Positions 59,229 to 64,000 of a DNA stretch of 64,000 nt are shown here, in pieces. Origin of the DNA: Pseudomonadota bacterium (GTDB lineage: Bacteria; Desulfobacterota; Desulfobulbia; Desulfobulbales; CALZHT01); contig JAHJJF010000097.1 of NCBI GenBank assembly GCA_018823135.1, forward strand, positions 1,767-65,766. Direction: 5' to 3'. The notes below the pieces were generated by a model that was given only the letters and a program-made list of their open reading frames with translations, searched no databases and had not been told where the DNA came from. Position 1 is the stretch's first letter, and the number at the start of each line of letters is the position of its first letter. The position numbers were made by a program, and so were the translations under genes.

Positions 59229-59326
59229 TCCGAATCCAGGAGCCAGAAGTCCGAAGAAAGAAGAGGTAAGTACATATTGGATTTCAGGTCGTTCTGGATA
59301 CAGACTCCTGGCTCCTGGATTCCGGG
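59229..59326 (+). promoter_or_regulatory. Long-stem intercistronic hairpin between the dehydratase-like and activase genes
   Basis: GAATCCAGGAGCCAG (59232-59246) is perfectly complementary to CTGGCTCCTGGATTC (59308-59322). The stem extends through AAGTC/GACTC with one mismatch, and the loop is about 50 nt. A direct repeat of AGAAGTCCGAA lies at 59224 and 59246. The hairpin sits in a 216-nt gap within an otherwise overlapping operon. Confidence 0.5.
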
Positions 59327-59387
59327 CCAAGACGCATCAAGCTGTTGAGTATTGGCCCCCAACAAAGGATAATAAGGTGAATTAACC

Positions 59388-60203
59388 ATGAAATATTTTG
59401 CTGGAATTGATATAGGATCAACCTCGATAAAAATTGTCATAATCGACAAATCCGGAACCGTAATCGCCCATAAAACCGCTGCTACCGGCAGCCTCTTTAA
59501 CAAGAATACCCTGAAGGCCTTTAATGATCTCCTTGTTGATAAGAAGATCGCCAGATATGAGATTGGCTATGTTGTATCAACCGGTTACGGCAGAAAATTA
59601 TTCAAGGACTCCGATGAATCAATCAGTGAGATTACCGCAAATGCAATGGGCGCGAGAAAAATTGCCGAGGCAACCGGTGTTCGGACAATAATCAATATCG
59701 GCGGCCAGGATCTCAAGGTCATTCACCTTGACGAGGCAGGCCATATCATCAATTTTGCGATGAATGACAAATGTGCTGCCGGCACCGGACGTTTCCTTGA
59801 AATGACCGCCCGGAATCTTGAGATAGAGGTCGATGAATTGGGCGATTATCACCTGAACAATTCCGGCATTCCCATTACGATCAACAGCACCTGTACGGTT
59901 TTTGCCGAATCAGAGATCATCGGTCTTATGGCCAATGGCCGTTCCAAAGAAGAAATTGTTGCAGGTATTCATTACTCAATCGCCCGAAGAGTAGCACGCC
60001 TGGCAAGAAGATTCGGAGTGCAGGAAACGGTGTTTTTTGATGGCGGACCTGCCCTGAATCAAGGACTGATTCAAGCGTTGGAAGATGAACTGATGTGCAG
60101 TGTCATTGTTCCTGAAATGCCACAGATCACCACGGCGTTGGGGGCAGCACTCATTGCCAGAAATGCATTTATTGATGAAAAGGAAAACGTCAATGCTGCA
60201 TGA
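59388..60203 (+). CDS. BcrAD/BadFG/HgdC-type ATP-dependent activase (archerase) with a bridging [4Fe-4S] site
   Basis: The ASKHA N-terminus is YFAGIDIGSTSIKIVII, and GGQDLKVI is present. The two cluster-ligand Cys contexts are NDKCAAGTGRFLE and NSTCTVFAESE. The length is 271 aa. Confidence 0.85.
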   Translation: MKYFAGIDIGSTSIKIVIIDKSGTVIAHKTAATGSLFNKNTLKAFNDLLVDKKIARYEIGYVVSTGYGRKLFKDSDESISEITANAMGARKIAEATGVRTIINIGGQDLKVIHLDEAGHIINFAMNDKCAAGTGRFLEMTARNLEIEVDELGDYHLNNSGIPITINSTCTVFAESEIIGLMANGRSKEEIVAGIHYSIARRVARLARRFGVQETVFFDGGPALNQGLIQALEDELMCSVIVPEMPQITTALGAALIARNAFIDEKENVNAA

Positions 60204-60807
60204 AACTCTGTCTATTTTTGTTCTGGGTACGATCAGCGGAATAACTGTTTGCAGTTTTTCCTGTCTACCTTTTCTAGGTCCTTTTTTATTGAGCACTGGG
60301 CAAGGGTTTAAAGACGGAGTATCATCGACGGCACTTTTTATTATCGGCAAGATTGCGGCGTACACTGTTTTAGGGTGTCTGGCAGGTTTACTGGGGCAGG
60401 TCCTGGCTTTTGAATCATCTGGTGCAATGCGTTTTATTCTTGGTGTGCCGCTTATCATAACCGGTTTGTCACTGCCGTTTATACATAAAGCAGGATGTGG
60501 AAAGTGTCACGGCAGATCAATATCATTCTTCGGACTGGGCCTGATTACAAGTCTGGTACCTTGCCCCGCGCTTACCGCGGTATTTGCTCTGGCGGCGAAA
60601 GACGGCAGCATTCTTAATGGCGCCCTGTATGGATTGTCATTCGGTTCAGGGTTGATCATCTCGCCACTACTTATAATCGGCGGCGGGTTGTCAGTGATTT
60701 CTTCAAAAATTAAACTGGAAGCAGCCAGAATCATGCCGGCAATACAAGTCATCAGCTGTATAATAATGGTTCTTCTGGGTACAAGAATACTATTTACGGA
60801 GGCATAG
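60193..60807 (+). CDS. DsbD_2/CcdA-like polytopic membrane protein (thiol-disulfide electron conduit or LysE-superfamily metal transporter)
   Basis: The likely start is MLHETLS at 60193, overlapping the activase stop by 11 nt. The ORF-track start at 60100 lies inside the activase gene. The protein has about 6 TM helices with Cys-Pro motifs in TM1 (VCSFSCLPF) and a later helix (LVPCPAL). Confidence 0.6.
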   Translation: MLHETLSIFVLGTISGITVCSFSCLPFLGPFLLSTGQGFKDGVSSTALFIIGKIAAYTVLGCLAGLLGQVLAFESSGAMRFILGVPLIITGLSLPFIHKAGCGKCHGRSISFFGLGLITSLVPCPALTAVFALAAKDGSILNGALYGLSFGSGLIISPLLIIGGGLSVISSKIKLEAARIMPAIQVISCIIMVLLGTRILFTEA

Positions 60808-60808
60808 G

Positions 60809-61234
60809 ATGGAGTGGCTTAAATACACCATAGATTACGGCATCATTGGTCTTCTGGTGATCATGAGTTTTGTGGCCGTGGCAATAGCTGTGGAAAGATT
60901 TCTTGCCTATAAAAAGATACAGATAAGTGATTTTGCCGACAAACGAGAACTGGAGCTGTTTCTCACCGGGCGCTTGCATCTTATTGCAACCATCGGCAGC
61001 AATGCCCCCTATATCGGGCTGCTTGGTACGGTGCTGGGCATCATGCTGACCTTTTACACCATGGGCAAAACCGGTTTCATGGATACCGGAAAAATCATGG
61101 TGGGCCTTGCCCTTGCCTTGAAGGTCACCGCCGCAGGGCTCATTGTCGCGATTCCGGCCATTGTTCTCTACAATCTTCTGCAAAGAAAGGTTCGCGTTTT
61201 ACTCCTGCAATGGGACATCGCAAATGGAAGATAA
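60809..61234 (+). CDS. exbB: MotA/TolQ/ExbB-family proton channel (short ExbB)
   Basis: The gene starts 1 nt after the upstream stop. Its motifs are [17 protein letters not shown] and [24 protein letters not shown]. Confidence 0.8.
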   Translation: MEWLKYTIDYGIIGLLVIMSFVAVAIAVERFLAYKKIQISDFADKRELELFLTGRLHLIATIGSNAPYIGLLGTVLGIMLTFYTMGKTGFMDTGKIMVGLALALKVTAAGLIVAIPAIVLYNLLQRKVRVLLLQWDIANGR

Positions 61235-61601
61235 AGGCTTTGATACGATAAATGTCATCCCGCTGGTTGACGTGATGCTGGTACTCTTGACCATAGTGCT
61301 CACCACATCGACTTTTATTGCGGTGGGAGCAATCCCTGTCCAGTTGCCGCAGGCATCTGCCGCAGCGGAACAGCAATTAAAGAGCACGACGATCTCCATT
61401 GATAAGAGCGGCAGTATTTTTCTGGATAATCAACTGGAATCAAAGGCCAGCCTTCGCAAAAACATGATTTGCAAGTCCAGAGAAATTCCTGTGGTGATAA
61501 GGGCTGACAAGGATATCGCCCTGCAATTATTCGTCGATGTAATGGATATTGTCAAGGATCTGGGCTTTCAGAAAGTAAGCCTGCAAACGGAAAAGACATG
61601 A
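61224..61601 (+). CDS. exbD: ExbD/TolR-family protein
   Basis: The likely start is [22 protein letters not shown] at 61224, overlapping exbB by 11 nt. It has a single TM helix plus a periplasmic domain ([26 protein letters not shown]). Confidence 0.8.
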   Translation: MEDKGFDTINVIPLVDVMLVLLTIVLTTSTFIAVGAIPVQLPQASAAAEQQLKSTTISIDKSGSIFLDNQLESKASLRKNMICKSREIPVVIRADKDIALQLFVDVMDIVKDLGFQKVSLQTEKT

Positions 61602-62401
61602 CACGAAATCACTTATCCGCATACGGCTTTTCATTTATCTTTCATGCCGTATTTATTGCCTTGATATTCACTCTTGGCAATCTCTTGCCATTGGAGCAAA
61701 CCCCGCTGGTCATTGATTTCAGCATCCTCAGCGGCAATGAATCCGTGCCGGTCATTAATCCAGCTGCCAAGCCTGAACAACCGAAAGTTGTGAAACAGAT
61801 CCAGCCTGCGACACCAAAACAAAAGAAGATTGTCAAAAAGCCGCCGAAGATTGAAGAAAAGAAGATTGTGGCGGTGAACAAACCTGAGCCCCTTCCCATA
61901 GCTCCGGTCATTGAAGAAAAACCAATGGAAAAAGAAATCGTTGCTGAAGTTGAACCAATTAAACCTGAAATTGCCGAACAAACAGAAATGGAAGAAATAA
62001 TTCCATTGCCGGATGCGGAATTTGCTGAAAACCAGACACCTTCTGACGTGCCTCCAATGGAAGCGGTCAACAATTTCAACGATGCGGCGTTAAATGAAAA
62101 AGCTTCCTACGGATACTCAAAACAACAGTATCTGAAAGCCCATTTTGACTACATCAAGAATGACATCCAGAAAAAGGTTGTCTACCCGCGCATGGCAAGA
62201 AAAATGGGCTGGCAGGGCAGGGTGCTTCTATCTTTTGTTGTTTGTGAAGACGGGTCGATCAAAGATGTAAAAATCATCGAAAGTTCTGGTTATTCCCTGC
62301 TTGATGCAAATGCCGTGAAAACCGTTCAATCCGCTGCACCATTCCCGGTTCCGCCGATCCGTGCTGAAATCATCATCCCCATCTCTTATGCCCTTGTCTG
62401 A
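61598..62401 (+). CDS. tonB: TonB energy transducer
   Basis: The start overlaps exbD (ATGA). It has an N-terminal TM helix and a Pro/Lys/Glu-rich spacer (PEQPKVVKQIQPATPKQKKIVKKPPKIEEKK...). The TonB_C domain is YPRMARKMGWQGRVLLSFVV.EDGSIKDVKIIESSGYSLLDANAVKTV. Confidence 0.85.
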   Translation: MTRNHLSAYGFSFIFHAVFIALIFTLGNLLPLEQTPLVIDFSILSGNESVPVINPAAKPEQPKVVKQIQPATPKQKKIVKKPPKIEEKKIVAVNKPEPLPIAPVIEEKPMEKEIVAEVEPIKPEIAEQTEMEEIIPLPDAEFAENQTPSDVPPMEAVNNFNDAALNEKASYGYSKQQYLKAHFDYIKNDIQKKVVYPRMARKMGWQGRVLLSFVVCEDGSIKDVKIIESSGYSLLDANAVKTVQSAAPFPVPPIRAEIIIPISYALV

Positions 62402-62654
62402 ATTTTCCAAATCTGGTTGAAAACCTATCGTTCATATGCAATCTGCCATTTCTTGAGCAGCACGCGAACCCTTGTTTTGGGGGGATCCATCTAATATTTC
62501 AAGCTTCCAGAATAAATGAAATGTTGCGTCAAGAAGAGTCAAGCAAAGACCAGACCTCCTGAGTTATGCCGCCATTCTGTCCTTTTTGTTTCTTTGCACA
62601 CCTGGGTTAATATGGTATACGTATAATAATCAAACAAACCATATTAAAGGATGA

Positions 62655-63602
62655 GTGATGAACTATATTTCCTCTGAAATCCTGAACCGACTGGATGAAA
62701 AACTGTCCAGGTTGAATTCCTTCCGGCCCTTGCCGCAAACTGCTGTCCGTAAGCTGCAGGAACAATTCGAACTGGAAATGACCTACAATTCAAATGCCAT
62801 TGAGGGCAACAGTCTGACTCTCAAGGAAACCTTTCTGGTCATTAACCAAGGCCTGACGATCAAAGGAAAACCTCTCAAGGATCACTTGGAGGCCAAGGGG
62901 CACACAGAAGCACTTGAATACCTCTATGATTTGACAGCCCAAGACCCCCCGGCCCCATTAACCGAAAGAATAATCAGGGAACTTAACGGGATTGTCATGC
63001 GCAACATTGATCAGGAATGGGCCGGCAGATACCGTAACAGTAATGTTATCATCGGCGGCGCCACATACACACCGCCGGAAGCCTTTGAAGTTCCCCGATT
63101 GATGGAGGAATTGCTCAGTTGGGCAAACAGCGCCGGGCAAAACCTGCACCCGGTTGAATTGGCCGCTGTTTTTCATCATCGTCTCGTGTACATTCATCCT
63201 TTTTACGACGGCAATGGCCGCACCACCCGGTTGACAATGAATGTCATCCTGCTCAAGGCGGGATTTCCATTGGTGGTGATCCTGAAAAACGATCGACGAA
63301 GATATTACCGTTTACTGGGTGAGGCCGACCGTGGCAACTTGAGACCCTTCGCCGGTTTTATCGCCCAGACGGCCCAAAGGACACTGGATATCTATCTGAA
63401 GGTGCTGACTCCGGACCGGAAATCCAAAGAGAAATTCATTGCCCTGGTCGATCTGGCGAAGCACTCCAGGTTCTCGGCTAAATACCTCAATCTCCTGGCC
63501 CGTGCCGGCAAGCTTGAAGCTCACAAGGAAGGCCGCAACTGGCTTTCATCAAAAGAGGCGCTCAGGAGGTACCTGGATGGGAGGGAAAGAAAAAGGAAAT
63601 AA
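62655..63602 (+). CDS. Fic family protein (AMPylase-type) with an N-terminal inhibitory-helix motif and a C-terminal HTH-like tail
   Basis: The Fic motif HPFYDGNGRTTR lies at 63195-63230. The [S/T]xxxE[G/N] motif is SNAIEGN. The C-terminal DNA-binding-like segment is LVDLAKHSRFSAKYLNLLARAGKLEAHKEGRNW. The ATG at 62658 may be the true start. Confidence 0.85.
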   Translation: MMNYISSEILNRLDEKLSRLNSFRPLPQTAVRKLQEQFELEMTYNSNAIEGNSLTLKETFLVINQGLTIKGKPLKDHLEAKGHTEALEYLYDLTAQDPPAPLTERIIRELNGIVMRNIDQEWAGRYRNSNVIIGGATYTPPEAFEVPRLMEELLSWANSAGQNLHPVELAAVFHHRLVYIHPFYDGNGRTTRLTMNVILLKAGFPLVVILKNDRRRYYRLLGEADRGNLRPFAGFIAQTAQRTLDIYLKVLTPDRKSKEKFIALVDLAKHSRFSAKYLNLLARAGKLEAHKEGRNWLSSKEALRRYLDGRERKRK

Positions 63603-63635
63603 TCCAACAATGCATTCTGCCTCTATGCCTTCCTG

Positions 63636-63817
63636 AAAAAAGTTGTCTGCCCGCTCATGGCAAGAAGAATGGGCTGGCAGGGCAGGTGCTGGTTTCTTTT
63701 GTTGTTTGTGAAGACGGTTCGATCATTGATATAAAAATACTTGAAAGCTCCGGATATTCCCTGCTTGATACAAATGCCATAAAAATTGTTCAAAAGGTTT
63801 CCAAAATAAATCTTTAG
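63636..63817 (+). pseudogene. Frameshifted fragment duplicating the tonB C-terminal domain
   Basis: The nucleotide sequence is clearly homologous to 62168-62330 of the intact tonB, for example AATGGGCTGGCAGGGCAGG...CTTTTGTTGTTTGTGAAGACGG.TCGATCA and TATTCCCTGCTTGAT.CAAATGCC. It lacks the N-terminal two thirds of the gene. A 1-nt deletion near 63686 breaks the frame. Confidence 0.75.
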
Positions 63818-64000
63818 TTGTGTTGAAATAAGATTCGTTACGTATAGTTGGCATAAATTTAAACCTGAAAAGTAGTATTTTTTAACTAAATTACAGGGGT
63901 TAGCGAAACAGAATAACTAGAACAGGTCAATAATGCCTGAGAACCCCTTTAATATCCGATAGCAGGGTAAAAGTGCCTGCCAATCATATGGTTGCTCCAC

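Noticed and set aside
59139-59503. Two minus-strand ORFs (63 aa and 93 aa) span the dehydratase-activase spacer.
   Set aside because: They are created by the hairpin-containing spacer and overlap the starts and ends of the flanking plus-strand genes. They have no Shine-Dalgarno sequence and no motifs.
60100-60192. The DsbD_2-like ORF has an upstream extension in the ORF track (start at 60100).
   Set aside because: The extension lies inside the activase gene in another frame. The hydrophobic membrane protein begins at MLHETLS (60193), which gives a typical short overlap.

Overview
Gene-dense bacterial chromosomal window from a Gram-negative organism. It is probably an anaerobic Desulfobacterota/Geobacter-like lineage; this is inferred from Geobacter-type heme motifs, TonB systems and a BcrAD/BadFG-type activase, and no taxonomy was computed. 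I recognised no rRNA, tRNA, CRISPR array, transposase or integrase.

Layout:
(1) 2-18960: two giant tandem genes. The first is a 5'-truncated cytochrome of more than 1,400 aa with 20 CXXCH motifs. The second is an uninterrupted 4,898-codon ORF for a lipoprotein-like surface protein built only from SBBP propeller repeats, FN3-like modules, LamG-like lectin domains and DUF2341 modules. Both genes contain the same unusual ~60-aa module.
(2) 19180-26357: a co-directional, partly translationally coupled set. It encodes an SBBP propeller protein, a transthyretin-like secreted protein, a TPR-like protein, a YedE-family putative Se/S transporter, a beta-helix protein and an MFS transporter.
(3) 26399-46500: a Na/Pi cotransporter, two more c-type cytochromes (5-heme; 6-heme tandem repeat), housekeeping genes (typA, valS, dgt-like, ABC-F, secreted beta-carbonic anhydrase), a PilZ protein and a Cys-rich sensor kinase.
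(4) 47111-52291, minus strand: a TonB-dependent receptor / YfiR-like / hybrid kinase module.
(5) 52565-62401, plus strand: an orphan four-cluster ferredoxin, then a tightly coupled nine-gene operon. The operon encodes a TonB-dependent receptor, a His-rich anchored periplasmic protein, a NapH-like membrane Fe-S protein, a single-subunit 2-hydroxyacyl-CoA-dehydratase/double-cubane-type protein, its ATP-dependent activase, a DsbD_2-like membrane protein and ExbB-ExbD-TonB.
(6) 62655-63817: a Fic gene followed by a frameshifted duplicate of the tonB 3' end.

Best candidates for an undescribed system:
(i) the giant cytochrome plus giant scaffold pair with the shared module;
(ii) the TonB-energised uptake operon that embeds an ATP-driven low-potential reductase pair instead of an ABC permease.

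All functional calls rest on motif recognition by eye. No database search was run.
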